Shown here: one piece after another, positions 21,578 to 32,821 of the stretch | Layout: each line of letters starts with the position of its first letter | How positions within the stretch are numbered: position 1 is the stretch's first letter | From: an uncultured Planctomycetaceae bacterium | Lineage (GTDB): Bacteria; Planctomycetota; Planctomycetia; Planctomycetales; Planctomycetaceae | Length of the DNA: 64,000 nucleotides | Assembly: GCA_963815195.1 (NCBI GenBank) | Contig: CAWFGE010000015.1 | Span: 224,001 to 288,000 of the forward strand | Direction: 5' to 3' | Program-made: the position numbers and the translations under genes | Notes under the pieces: generated by a model | The model's input: the letters and a program-made list of their open reading frames with translations, nothing else | Told to the model about the DNA's origin: nothing | The model's database searches: none

Positions 21578-21785
21578 CCTCGCCAGAATCTGTGGGTGAA
21601 ATTGCGACCAAAATGGCTGATTCATCCTGGAAAACAAGGGGTTTCTCGTGTTTTGTAAGAGGCTGTTTTTTGAGGGCCGGGTCTCGTTCCATGAATTTCC
21701 ACCAATCATGAGGTGGTAAGCCCCCGTTTGCTGAGCCTGAGCGAAGGCCAGTGACGCCAATTTACCCACAGATTCTGGTGAAGAT
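21578..21785. mobile_element. MITE-like element bounded by imperfect ~28-bp inverted repeats
   Basis: CCTCGCCAGAATCTGTGGGTGAAATTG ... CAATTTACCCACAGATTCTGGTGAAG; no convincing ORF inside. Confidence 0.6.
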
Positions 21786-22109
21786 CCGAATATCTTGTGT
21801 GTTCACCCCCCCCAAAGGAGGTCGGACGCGGCAGCGGCCGGGTGGGGGAAGCGTCTGATGCGCGTGAGCGTTACAGAGTCGGGCGTCTTGGATTTTGGCT
21901 TGGGACAGCGAGAATTCCGATGGCGAGATACATTACGCGCCGGGAGGTTCCTGGTGGGCGCGGGCTCGGCGGGGGTGGGCGCGGCGGGAGCGTTTGCAGG
22001 TGGCTTTCTCCTGGGCTTCGCCCACGCGGATCTCAAGACGCGATTCAGGATGAAGAAAACGGGCAGGTGGGTGGGAACTTCCCACCCGCCCTTTCAGGAA
22101 AAAACAGGA

Positions 22110-22190
22110 TTATTTATCAATGGCCTTCACTTTGGTGTCCCAATCGGCAGGTGGGTTCGCCGGTTCAGATCGCTCATCTATGTTGGCCGT
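22110..22190 (-). pseudogene. Orphan 3' tip homologous to the metzincin fragment at 29077-29301
   Basis: Translates ...DERSEPANPPADWDTKVKAIDK* versus ...DQRAEPKFPPADWDTKIKAIDK*; followed by a similar downstream hairpin. Confidence 0.7.
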
Positions 22191-22297
22191 GGGGACAGAT
22201 CGTGGTTTCGGGTTACAGCCCACAGTGTGGCGGCAATTCCTGTGCGGGGGCGATTCTGCCAACTTTACGGTTTAATTCTAACGTGATGTTGACACGC

Positions 22298-22413
22298 CGG
22301 GTGCCACTGGCAGCTTGCTGCCAGTGTTTTCCTCAGATCACATTCCAGTTTGATGGGAGCGTTCGTCAGCCTACTCCGTAAAAGCACTGGCAACAAGTTG
22401 CCAGTGGCACCCG
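22298..22413. repeat. REP-like inverted doublet
   Basis: CGGGTGCCACTGGCAGCTTGCTGCCAGTG ... CACTGGCAACAAGTTGCCAGTGGCACCCG; left arm recurs at 24539. Confidence 0.8.
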
Positions 22414-22800
22414 AAAGATTTCTTATTGAGAGGACAACGAATTAAACTAACATTGCCACCCCGCCGCAGAAACAGCCCCCTCATCGAATTCCTGGAAACT
22501 ACATAATTTCGACGAATCTCACCTTGAAAAAACCTCAGATGTCTACTTACTTGCCTATTGTTTCTTTTTACGAACGGTTTGGATGTTGCTCAGTATTTTG
22601 GCGACAAGAGGGTCGGAAAACCCATCCACTTCAAGGAGCCCTGAACCCTTTGGCATAAACGAAATGCCAGACGCAGGCACGAAGTAACGTCCCTCGTGTT
22701 TCCTGATCACAATCACAGCCTTCTTTCCTTCGGTTGGGGCTTGGGCAACAACACTTACAAATGGATTAACCCAAACTCCCAACTCGAGTTCCGGATGAAG

Positions 22801-24174
22801 TGAGGTGGACCCCATTCTTTGGACAGCAAACGGGGTTGTTTAGTGGTGTGAGTCAGCGGCAGACGAGGCCCCTCATAGGCCTCGTCGTCTGCCGCCGATG
22901 ACAAGGGGCCCGGGACGAGACCTCACCAGTTCCCTCCCGGTTTTGCGCGAAACTTGTTTTCATTTTTCGTCCATCACTTTGTGCAGGCTTCAATCTTTTC
23001 CTTCGTAGATCATCGCCGGCGTTTGATAACCCAGCGACTGATGAATCCGTTCCTCACAATAGAACTCAAAGTAACTCTGCAGGCTTCTCTCGGCCTCCCA
23101 ACCATCCGTGTAATCCTTCAAGTAAACCTCTTCGTATTTCACGCTCCGCCACAGCCGCTCGATGAATACGTTGTCCAAGCACCGTCCTTTTCCATCCATA
23201 CTGATCGCGACATTCAATCGTTCCAATCGCTCGGTGAACTTGATCGCCGTGAATTGGCTGCCCTGGTCGCTGTTGAAGACCTCCGGCCGCGAGATCGACA
23301 AGGCTTCGTCCAACGCCTCCAAGCAAAAACTCCCCTCCAACGTGTTCGACAATCGCCAACTCAACACGTAGCGACTGAACCAGTCCATCACTGCCACGAG
23401 ATACAAAAACCCGTGGCGAAGCGGGATGTAAGTGATGTCGCTCGACCACACCTGGTTGGGCCGGAGAACCTCCACATTCCGCAGTAAATAAGGGTAAATC
23501 TTGTGTCCGCGCCCCGGTTTGGTCGTGCGGCGTTTCGGTCCAACCGCTTCGATTCCCATCTGCCGCATCAGCCGCTGCACTCGCTTGCGATTCACGCCGA
23601 ACAACTCGGCCATCTTGCGAGAACCATAAAACGGATGCCGCGTGTATTCCTCGTCGATTCGCCGCATCAGTTCCAAATTTTCCGCGGTCTCGCCGCCAGG
23701 TTCGTAGTACCAACTGCTCCGCGCCAATCCCAACAGATCGCACTGACGCGACACGCTCAACGTGGAATGCTTCGGTTCGATCCATGCCCGCAAAACCTCG
23801 TGGCTTAATCCAGCGTCAGCGACTTTTTTTTGAGCCACTCGACTTCCATTTTCAGCCGGCCGATTTGTTCATAGAGTTCTTGCTCATTGGCCGATTGATC
23901 GTCGGATCGCTTACGTCGGCCATCCGTGAACAACTCAGTGGCTCCCGACAACAACTGCTTTTTCCAAGCCGTGACTTGGCTCGTGTGGACGCCAAATTCC
24001 GACGCCAACTGAGCCGTCGTCCTATCCCCTTTGACCGCCGCCAACGCCACCTTGGCTTTGAACGCGGACCCCAAAACTCGACGCTTCCTGGTCATAATCG
24101 GAACCTCCCAATGCGACAAATGAACATCGCAAATTCTACCTTATTGGGCTGTCCAGTTTTCGGGGTCCACCACA
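22801..24174 (-). mobile_element. IS3-family insertion sequence (1374 bp)
   Basis: TIRs TGAGGTGGACCCCATTCTTTGGACAGC / TGTGGTGGACCCCGAAAACTGGACAGC; 3-bp TSD AAG. Confidence 0.95.
22990..24095 (-). CDS. IS3 transposase OrfAB (programmed -1 frameshift at A8G, 23823-23831)
   Basis: OrfA HTH (FKAKVALAA) at 23805-24095; OrfB with WSSDITY, NSDQGSQF, DNVFIERLWRSVKYE (DDE). Confidence 0.93.
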
Positions 24175-24537
24175 AAGTCCCGGATCAAAATTGCCCGACA
24201 ACGTTGCCTTCGGCTTTACTTGAAGGGAATGTGTGCCTTTAGACGCTCGATCTTTAGAAATCACCTCTACCTTAGCGATTTCAGCCAAAATGACGCTGTA
24301 CTTCGTCCAAAAGCCCACCTCATTGCCCCTCCGAATGGCTATGCCTGCGATGGCATTCGCTTGAAGGACTAAAAAGGTCAATAGAGTTACGGTGGTAATC
24401 TTTCTCGAATCGTTACGCATGCGCCACCTCAGTCTAAATCTGGCTGAAACCCATTTTATCGAAGACAGTTTGGTTTGCGACCAAAAGCGTTGTATCCGGC
24501 CGAGAGCCGTCTGTTATGGGCGTCCATGCGCCGAGCG

Positions 24538-24720
24538 CCGGGTGCCACTGGCAGCTTGCTGCCAGTGTTTTCCTCAGCCGAGTAGGGCCGGCTGTGCCGG
24601 CCTTTTGTTTTTGACACAACGATTTTTCTCGCACCAAATGGCCGGCATACCCAGCCGCCAATTGGGCATAAGTATGATTCCCTTCGTCGAAAAGGCCGGC
24701 ACAGCCGGCCCTACGTCACT
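24538..24720. repeat. Composite REP element (GTGCCACTGG arm plus GTAG-type doublet)
   Basis: AGTAGGGCCGGCTGTGCCGGCC...GGCCGGCACAGCCGGCCCTACG; the ~140-bp unit is near-identical to 26536-26676. Confidence 0.85.
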
Positions 24721-25516
24721 CCGCGTAATACAAGGGCGTGTGTTTTTTGTAGGCGAGGGCGTTTGGATTGGCTCCCCCCGCCAATAAGAGTTTGCTGCAC
24801 TCAGCGCATCCACTTTTCGCCGCGAAGTGTAACGGAGTTTGCCCGTCATCGTGCTTGGCATTGGGATCGGCTCCCGCTTTCAATAGGGCTTCCGTGACCT
24901 TGGGGCGGCCTCCGATGCAGGCCCACATCAGGGCCGTATAAGCATCGGAAGGCATATCAACTCGCGCCCCCGCTTTTAACAATTCTTCGACGGTCGCCTT
25001 GTGCCCGCGTTCCGCAGCGATCGACAAAGGTATGGGGGTGTTGAGGCTCCACTCATTGACATCGGCTCCCGCTTTGGCCAAGGCGCGAACTGCGGCGGTG
25101 CGACCATATCGCGAGGCCAGGATCAACGGGGTTTCGCTCCATAGCCCCATGTGTCCCTTCCGTAATTCGCCCGCTCGCTCTATCTTGTTGTGTGAGTTTG
25201 CGAATCTCTCAATTGATTTGGCGTCACCCCGAATGGCCCAAATTTGCAGATCGGTAAACCGCCAACCTTGTTGCTCCGCCACGAAATCCACAACATCCGC
25301 GTTGGGACTTTCCAGGACGCGAGAATACAAGTTCTTGACTTTGCCTAAATCCAGCCCGGCGGCGAGTCTTTCCACTTCGGCTAAATCGCCCTTGGCAATG
25401 GCATGTAACAATTTGTTCTCAGCATCGGGCTTCTGATCCGCCGCGCGCGATTGCGTGCAGAGAGTCAAACACAAAATGCCCACGCTCCCAAGTCGAGAAA
25501 GATGGTAGAAAATCAT
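24716..25516 (-). CDS. Secreted ankyrin-repeat protein (paralog 3), C-terminus truncated at the REP unit
   Basis: TPLILASRYGRTAAVRAL, TALMWAC, GQTPLHFAA repeats; ends YYAE* and lacks the tail present in its paralogs. Confidence 0.85.
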   Translation of the reverse strand: MIFYHLSRLGSVGILCLTLCTQSRAADQKPDAENKLLHAIAKGDLAEVERLAAGLDLGKVKNLYSRVLESPNADVVDFVAEQQGWRFTDLQIWAIRGDAKSIERFANSHNKIERAGELRKGHMGLWSETPLILASRYGRTAAVRALAKAGADVNEWSLNTPIPLSIAAERGHKATVEELLKAGARVDMPSDAYTALMWACIGGRPKVTEALLKAGADPNAKHDDGQTPLHFAAKSGCAECSKLLLAGGANPNALAYKKHTPLYYAE

Positions 25517-25600
25517 TGTTGTCGCCAAAGTTGTTAATGGTAAACGCCGATCCCGATAGACGTTCCCGGAATCCCGATCACAAATATTACAGTTTTGAGC

Positions 25601-26452
25601 CTATTTCTTCGGGGATTTTGCCATCGCTTGCCGGAGAACTTTTGCGGCCTCTTTATGTTCGTATATTTCAGCGTAATTCAAAGGCGTGTCCTTTTTGTAG
25701 GCGAGGGCGTTGGGGTCGGCCCCCCTCGCCAACAAGAGTTTGATGCTCTCCACGTCTCCATTTTTCGCCGCGAAGTGTAACGGAGTTTGCCCGTCATCGT
25801 GCTTGGCATTGGGATCGGCACCCACTTTCAACAGTGCTTCCGTGACCTTGGGGCGGCCTCCGATGCAGGCTCGCATCAGGGCGGTATAGGCATCGGGGTT
25901 CGCGTCAACTTTCGCCCCCGCTTTCAGCAAATCTTTCACCACTTCCAAATGCCCGCCTTCCGCAGCGCGTGCCAACGGTGTGAGGCTATAGAAGGTCTGT
26001 TCATTGACATTGGCTCCCGCTTCAATCAACGCGCGCGCTGCGGCGGTGCGACCATATCGCGAGGCCAACATTAAGGGGGTGTAGCTCGATAGGCCCCAGT
26101 TTCCCTTTTGTAATTCGCCCGCTCGCTCTATCTTGTTATGTGAACTTGCGAATCTCTTGATTGACTTGGCGTCGCCCCGAATGGCCCAGACTTGCAGATC
26201 GGAAATCTCTAAACCTTCTTGATCCCGCAGGAAGTCCACGACATCAGCATTGGGACTTTCCAGGACGCGAAAATACAAGTTCGTGACTTTGGATAAATCC
26301 AGCCCGGCGGCGACTCTCTCCACATCGGGTAAATCGCCCTTGGCAATGGCATGCAGCAGTTGTTTCTCAGCGTCGCGATCCGCCGCAAGGTTTTGCGTGC
26401 AAAGAAGGGTCAAACACAAAATGCCCAACCAAAGAATTGAAAAGCCTTTCAT
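25601..26452 (-). CDS. Secreted ankyrin-repeat protein (paralog 2, intact)
   Basis: Signal MKGFSILWLGILCLTLLCTQNLAA; about five ankyrin repeats. Confidence 0.92.
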   Translation of the reverse strand: MKGFSILWLGILCLTLLCTQNLAADRDAEKQLLHAIAKGDLPDVERVAAGLDLSKVTNLYFRVLESPNADVVDFLRDQEGLEISDLQVWAIRGDAKSIKRFASSHNKIERAGELQKGNWGLSSYTPLMLASRYGRTAAARALIEAGANVNEQTFYSLTPLARAAEGGHLEVVKDLLKAGAKVDANPDAYTALMRACIGGRPKVTEALLKVGADPNAKHDDGQTPLHFAAKNGDVESIKLLLARGADPNALAYKKDTPLNYAEIYEHKEAAKVLRQAMAKSPKK

Positions 26453-26535
26453 TTGCTCGCCCTCGAAATAAAGCACGGCGGGTGGGAAGCCCCACCCACC
26501 TTCTCAAGAAGAAACACGATTATTTATCAATAGCC

Positions 26536-26676
26536 GAGTAGGGCCGGCTGTGCCGGCCTTTTGTTTTTGACACAACGATTTTTCTCGCACCAAATGGCCG
26601 GCATACCCAGCCGCCAATTGGGCATAATTATGATTCCCTTCGTCGAAAAGGCCGGCACAGCCGGCCCTACGTCACT
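26536..26676. repeat. GTAG-type REP doublet
   Basis: Near-identical copy of 24580-24720. Confidence 0.85.
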
Positions 26677-26979
26677 TTGAGCCTATTTCTTCGAGGATTT
26701 TGCCATCGCTTGCCGGAGAACTTTTGCGGCCTCTTTGTGCTTTAATTCTTCCGCGTAATACAAAGGCGTGCGCGTTTTAGAGGCGAGGGCGTTTGGATCG
26801 GCTCCCGCCGCCAGCAACAATTTGATGCTCTCCACGTCGCCACGTTGCGCGGCGAAATGCAGGGCGGTTTTCCCGTCACGTTCGCGGTTGGGATCGGCCC
26901 CCGCTTTAAGTAGGACTTCCGTGACCTTGGGGTGTCCTCCGAAACACGCCATCATCAGGCCGGTATAGGCATCGGGAGC

Positions 26980-28446
26980 CACCCCTTTCAACATGTCACT
27001 TACCCCTGGATTTGGCCAGAGTTCGCGCGGTGGAGATATGGTGATTCCGTTTGCCGCTCTTTTTTCGAGGCTGTGGTTTTTTCGGCCCGCGTTTCTTTTT
27101 GGGGTAACGCGTCAAGTCGATGCGTGTAGCAAGTCGCACCAACTCGCTCGCAAGTTTTCCAGCAGACATGATTTGATAGTGTTGCCAGGCTTCGGCGTCC
27201 ACGGCAATGTTCATGCCCACCGTCGTGGCAGTCACGTCCTGCGTCAGGTGGTAGTCCGACAGTTCTTCATCGATCGTTTCTTCACCGTGAACCGATCGCA
27301 GCGCCGCTTTCACCACGGCATAGGTGTTATAAGCCAAAACCGCCGTGGCGAAGGCGAACAGCGCCGCCTTGGGGTAGCCCAGCGTCTCCACTTCGCAGCG
27401 CAACACCTCGGTCAGAGTTTGGAAGGCTTCTTCAATCGTCCAGCGCTTGCGATACAGAAAAGCCACTTTTCCGCATTGGCGACTTTGACAGGCAAGTTGG
27501 TCAGGATGTGAATCTCAGTGTCACCATTCTCTGTGGGCGTATCCAATTGGATGGTGATCCGCCGGACTCGCAACGTCTCTTCACCCTGGGACAGCTCGGC
27601 CGACTGCTCGAAAACAAGACCCGTTTCGATGCGTCCGATGCGTTTCCGGCGACCGACGAGTTTCCAGGTGAGTGTCGAAGCGTGTTGGCGAATGACAAAG
27701 TAGGCCGACTGCTTGACAATTCCAAACAGAAACTTGGTCGTGCAGAAGTTCCGGTCGGCGATTGTCACTGTCTCGGCCCGGATCCATTCCAGAAGCTCCG
27801 GCAGAAGCGAACGTTCCTGGGCATGGCCGTCTTCACACGGAAGCAGTTCCGAAATCAGATCCCGCTGCGCGTCCAGAAGCGCCAAGGTCTGGCCCGGCAA
27901 AGGGCCTTCCCGCGTGACGCGCAATTCCGCCAGCCGATGCTCAGTCGCCGCCAAATGATTCCCGTCCAAATACTGCACGTGATAGCCCGGCAAAAGTTCG
28001 CGGCACGCTCCCGGCATGGAATCGATGACTTGAGCCGCGTCCTGGCTCGTTTCCCGGATCATCGTCGCCGAAAGGCCGGGTTCCAGACGGTTCAACTTGC
28101 CATAAAGTGCGGCCGGCGAAACCGCCAGTTGCTCCTTGGCCGCCAAGTACCCGGCATGGACCGACTTGTGCGTCCGCGTCGCCACGCCCATCATCAGGGC
28201 CACCACTTGCGAAAACAGCAATTCTTTCTCGTATTGTCTCTGCGAAGCGTCGGCGAAAATCTCATCCAGGCGATCCGGCGACACAAGATTCTCGAGCGTC
28301 GCTCGAACCATCACTGCTGCTGGACATTGTTCCACAAAACGATCAAGCACAGCGTCGGGCCACATCCTTGCCGCCTCCATAAGGTTTGATACAACAATCC
28401 CTGTAGAAGCGACTTATAGCAAAAATCTAACATGTTGAAAGGGGTG
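26980..28446 (-). mobile_element. IS4-family insertion sequence (1467 bp)
   Basis: Perfect 17-bp TIR CACCCCTTTCAACATGT; 11-bp TSD GCATCGGGAGC (26969-26979 and 28447-28457). Confidence 0.93.
26996..28380 (-). CDS. IS4-family DDE transposase, frameshift near 27468
   Basis: LDGNH, IADRNF, ILTNL, LYRKRWTIEEAF (YREK-type motif). Confidence 0.88.
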
Positions 28447-29076
28447 GCATCGGGAGCCAAATCAACTTGTGCCCCCAGTTTCAACAATTCTTCAACGGTC
28501 GCCTTGTGCCCGCGCTCCGCAGCGTTCGCCAACGGTGTGAGGCCCCGGAAATTCCATTCATTGACATCGGCTCGCGCTTCAATCAATGCGCGCACTGCGG
28601 CGGTGCGACCATTTCGCGAGGCCAACATCAAGGGGGTATAGCTGGTAAACATAATCTTCCCCCTTCGTAATTCTCTCTCTAACTCTACCTTGTTGTGGGA
28701 ATCCGCGAATCTCTTGATTGATTTAGCGTCGCCCCGAATGGCCCAGACTTGCAAATCGGAAATGCTCCACGACTGTTGCTCACGCAGGAAATCCACGACA
28801 TCCGCGTTGGGACTTTCCAGCACGGTATAATACAAATTCCTGATTTTAGCTAAATCTAGCCCAGCGGAGAGTCGTTCCACTTCGGCTAAATCGCCCTTTC
28901 TAATAGCAACTAACAATTGTCCCTCGGCATCGCGATCCGCCGCAAGATTTTGCGTGCAAAGAAGGGTCAAACACAAAATCCCCAACCAAGGCACTGAAAA
29001 GCCTTTCATTTGCTCGCCCTCGAAATAAAGGACGGCGGGTGGGAAGCCCCACCCACCTTCTCAAGAAGAAACACGA

Positions 29077-29301
29077 TTATTTATCAATAGCCTTGATTTT
29101 GGTGTCCCAATCGGCGGGTGGGAACTTCGGTTCAGCACGCTGATCTCCGGGTAGGGTAGGGTCATCTTGAGCCCCGTCAACCGTGTTATCTTGGTGGCCT
29201 CCGTCAGCCATCACATCATCCCCAAGGTTATGTTTCAACCCAAAGTGATGCCCAATTTCATGCAAAACAGTACGTTCTCGCCGCCCGAGAATCGATGTCA
29301 T
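29077..29301 (-). pseudogene. C-terminal fragment of a metzincin-type metallopeptidase (possible toxin tip)
   Basis: TVLHEIGHHFGLKH zinc motif plus DVM Met-turn; no N-terminal part present. Confidence 0.65.
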
Positions 29302-29306
29302 CCCGG

Positions 29307-29699
29307 TTATACTTCAGGAATCATCGGCGTGCCGCGTTTGACGAGTTGGATGGCGAGGCCCCAGGGGTCGCGGAGCATCGCCAGGGTGTCGCCCGTGGGC
29401 AGCGTCTGGGGGGCGGCTTCCAACGTCGCTCCCGCTTTGACGAGGCGGTCCGCATCGGCTTGGACATTTTCCGAAACAGCGCAGGTGCAGGGCGGGGTGT
29501 CGAGGTTCCGGTAGTCGGGAACGGGGGCTTCGCGGTTGCCGTAGATTTCGAGCATCACGGTCCCGCTGTCGTCGGCGAGGAAGTGGGCGTAAGGCGGTTC
29601 GACCGTCCGCCGGCGGACCTGAAAGCCCAAATGCTCCACGTACCACCGCCCCATCGCCAACGGGTCTTCCACGTTGAAGGCGAGATGCTCGATTTTCAT
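29307..29699 (-). CDS. VOC/glyoxalase family protein
   Basis: MKIEHLAFNVEDP...WYVEHLGF; MLRDPWGLAIQL. Confidence 0.85.
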   Translation of the reverse strand: MKIEHLAFNVEDPLAMGRWYVEHLGFQVRRRTVEPPYAHFLADDSGTVMLEIYGNREAPVPDYRNLDTPPCTCAVSENVQADADRLVKAGATLEAAPQTLPTGDTLAMLRDPWGLAIQLVKRGTPMIPEV

Positions 29700-29783
29700 G
29701 CGAGAAATCCTTGAAGTGGTTTCTATTCAAGCCGGCGGGCTTGGCGCCGGTCCGCCGGCAAGCCGGCGGCTTGGGTTCCCAAA

Positions 29784-30349
29784 TCAGTTCCATTCGGGGT
29801 TGCTGGGCGTGCCGGGCAGGATACGGTTGGCTTCGTTGACGTGCGAGACCTCGAGGTCCCAAAGCTCGTAGGGATCGACATGGAACAGCGAGCAGGCGTC
29901 GGCGGGATGCAAATACCAATCGCCCCGGCGAGCTCGCCCTCCAGCTGCCCGGGAGCCCAACCCGCGCAGCCGCAGAACACGCGGTAGTTGAGGCCCACTT
30001 CCCCGCCCGCCGCGGCCTGGACGATGTTTTCGAAGATCTCGGCACTGCTGGCGACGTAAAGCCCCGGGACGACGGGCTTTTCGTTTTCATCGAGTTGCGG
30101 GGCATTGTGCAGGATGAACAGCGCCCCCGGCTCCACCGGCCCGCCCAGGTAGACCACGTTGTCGTCATCCGGCAGATCGAAATGCTCGGCGAGCGCATGG
30201 GCGACCTTGACGGACGACGGCCGGTTGACGACGACGCCCATCGCCCCGTCGTCTCCATGCTCCACGATCAACACCACCGTTTTGTAGAAGTTGGTGTTTT
30301 TGAGATGTTTGTTGGCGATCAGAAATTGCCCGCGAAGTGAGTTGTTCAT
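29784..30349 (-). CDS. YqgE/AlgH family protein, frameshift near 29925
   Basis: GQFLIA, VVLIVEHGDDGAMGVVVNRP, YLGGPV, GCAGWAPGQLEGEL; DWYLHPA tail in another frame ending NPEWN*. Confidence 0.85.
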
Positions 30350-30573
30350 GCCCAAATTATAAGAGGCCGAGGCAATGAAATGTAGCGATTTTCGCCGATT
30401 TGTTGACGAAACCGGCCATTCCCGGCAGCGGAGCCAAACCGGCCGCCGCTGTTGCCGAGGCGTCTCGAGCGTGTGTTCCACCCGTTCTCGATGTACGATG
30501 GACCTCAGAGTTCGCCAAGCCGTGTTCAGCCCCCAATACCTGACGTGGGCCCCCAAAAGTTTGGAGACATCGC

Positions 30574-32777
30574 ATGAGGTTCCAACTCCCCGCATTGTGC
30601 CTGTTCTTGGGTCTAAGCCTGACGGCTCACGCCGCTGACGAGAAACGCGTGCTGATCGTGGTGGGACCGAGCAGTCATCCGCCCGGCTCGCACGAAGTGG
30701 CCGCCGGAGGACGCTTGCTCGCCCATGGCCTGGAGCACATGTCCAACGTGCCCGGCGTCGAAGCGGACGTTATTTACGAGTGGCCCTCAGCCTCGCTCCG
30801 GGAAAAGGCATCGTCCGTGGTATTCATCGGCGACACCTTTCCGCCGAACCGCTTCGAGGATCCCAAACGAAATCTGGCCGACCTCGATGCGATGATGCGC
30901 CGCGGCTGCGGCATTGTCTGCGTGCATTATGCCACGGGACTTCTCGGCCAAGACGTGGGGGCGGACGGCGACCATCCTTTATTGGGCTGGATGGGCGGGT
31001 ATTTCGCCAATCGCTCCTGCCCGCACCACGAGTCGATCGCCCGGATTTACCCGGCCGCCGCCATCACGCCCGCCGCTCCGAAGCATCCCATTTCCCGCGG
31101 CTGGAAAGAGTTCACGCTGCACGATGAGCCTTATATCAACAACTACTTCGGCCAAGACGGGAACAGGCGCGCGGCGAATGTCACCGCCCTCGCGACTTCG
31201 ATGTTGCCGCCCGAATCGCCGAAGCGGGAAACGGTCGCGTGGTGCGTCGAGCGGAAAGACAGCGGGCGCGGGTTCGGGATCGTGATGCCCCATTTTTACA
31301 AGAACTGGGGCAACGACGACCTGCGGCGATTTATTTTGAATGGCATCGTCTGGTCGGCGAAACTCGATGTGCCCGCAGGCGGCGTTCAGACAACGTTGCC
31401 TGGCCTTGCGACGTTCCAACCGGAGTCGGTCGAGTACCAGCCGCGAAAGCGAACCGCGCCGGCAAAAACAGATCGTCCGCCCAACATCGTTTTTCTGTTT
31501 GCCGACGACCTGGGCTTCGGCGACCTGGGCTGCTATGGGCATCCTTATGCAAGGACGCCTCATCTCGACCGCCTGTGCGCGAGGGCACGCGGTTTGAGCA
31601 GTTCTATGTGACCGGAGTCACCTGCTGCCCGAGCCGCACGGGTTTTATGACGGGCAAGTTCCCCGCGACGTTTGCGAAGTATCCCGCCGATTTCGGTTTT
31701 GGCGACCGCGCGACGGTGACGCAGCTTTTGAAAGAGCGAGGCTACGCCACGGGGCATTTCGGCAAATGGCACATCGGCCCGAAGAGGGAAGGCGGCACCT
31801 ACGGGCTTGATGCGATCGAGGAACTGAAGGCTCCGCGCCAGCGCCGCGACGCGGACGGCCGCGATGCGAAGATCTATGATGCGGCGATCGAGTTCATTGC
31901 CAAGAACAAGGACCGCCCGTTCTATGTCAACGTCTGGGGGCACATCACGCACTTTCCGGTCAATCCGCCCAAGCAGTTTGCGGAACGATTCAAGAACGTG
32001 GAGGTGAAGGAATCCGATTTCGGCGGGCCGATGCGGGACAAGTTCGCCCAAGTCCGCAAGATGGGCTATGGCGTCGACGCCGCCATGCGAAATTATTTGG
32101 GGGCGGTCAGTTCGCTCGACGACGATGTCGGCCGCTTGCTGGCCAAGCTTGATGAACTCGGACTCGAAGACAACACGCTTGTGGTTTTCAGCAGCGATCA
32201 CGGCCCGGCCCCGATCCTGCCGCCGGGCAAGAATAAACGGCGGAACGCACTGGCGGAACAGGCCGAAAGGCGAACGAACATGCTCGGTTCGCCGGGCCCG
32301 TTCCGTGGCGGCAAACACACAATGCTCGAAGGGGGCGTGCGCGTGCCGTTCATCATTCGCTGGCCGCATCACGTGCCGGCGGGACGCGTCGATCGGGATT
32401 CGGTCCTCAGCGGCATCGACTGGCTGCCGACGCTGTGCTCCCTGGCGGGGATCAAAATCGACGCCGATGATTTTGACGGCGAAGATGTCTCGTCGGCGTG
32501 GCTTGGCCGGGCCGTGCCTGCGCGGTCCAAGCCGTTGTTCTGGCGCGTGAGCCATCCCGGAGCGCCAGTGGGGATTCGCGACGGCCGATGGAAACTGTAC
32601 GTCCCCAGACGCCGGCAAGATGAAACGGAACTCTACGATGTGACGGCGGATCCTGCGGAAGAGCACAACCTGGCGACGAAAAACCCCGACGTGGTGAAAA
32701 CGTTGTCCGCCCGGATTGAAGCCTGGAAACGGGCGTTGCCCGAGGAATATACGAAGAGCAACAGTCAAATCGACTGA
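30574..32777 (+). CDS. Secreted ThuA-like domain plus sulfatase fusion, frameshift near 31575
   Basis: Signal peptide; ThuA-like ([22 protein letters not shown]); [32 protein letters not shown]. Confidence 0.85.
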
Positions 32778-32821
32778 CGGTTCGGCCGGCTTCCATTTCA
32801 CAAAAGCGAAAGGGGCAAACG

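Larger units (their letters stand above)
22555..24420 (-). pseudogene. Secreted hypothetical protein (~160 aa) split by IS3
   Basis: Removing the IS and one AAG rejoins ...GNFDPGL|HPELELGVW... in frame; N-terminal signal peptide; GAGGTGG RBS. Confidence 0.8.
26683..29009 (-). pseudogene. Secreted ankyrin-repeat protein (paralog 1) split by IS4
   Basis: ...VDLAPDA|YTGLMMACFGG... rejoins in frame after removing the IS and one TSD copy. Confidence 0.9.

Noticed and set aside
21920..22060. Tat-signal gene start (MARYITRRE/FLVGAG...)
   Set aside because: Needs a frameshift and runs into the toxin-tip remnant. Possibly a truncated gene, but too short to support a call.
22298..26676. CRISPR array from the recurring palindromic repeats
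   Set aside because: Repeats are inverted doublets at irregular kb-scale spacing, with no unique equal-length spacers and no cas genes.
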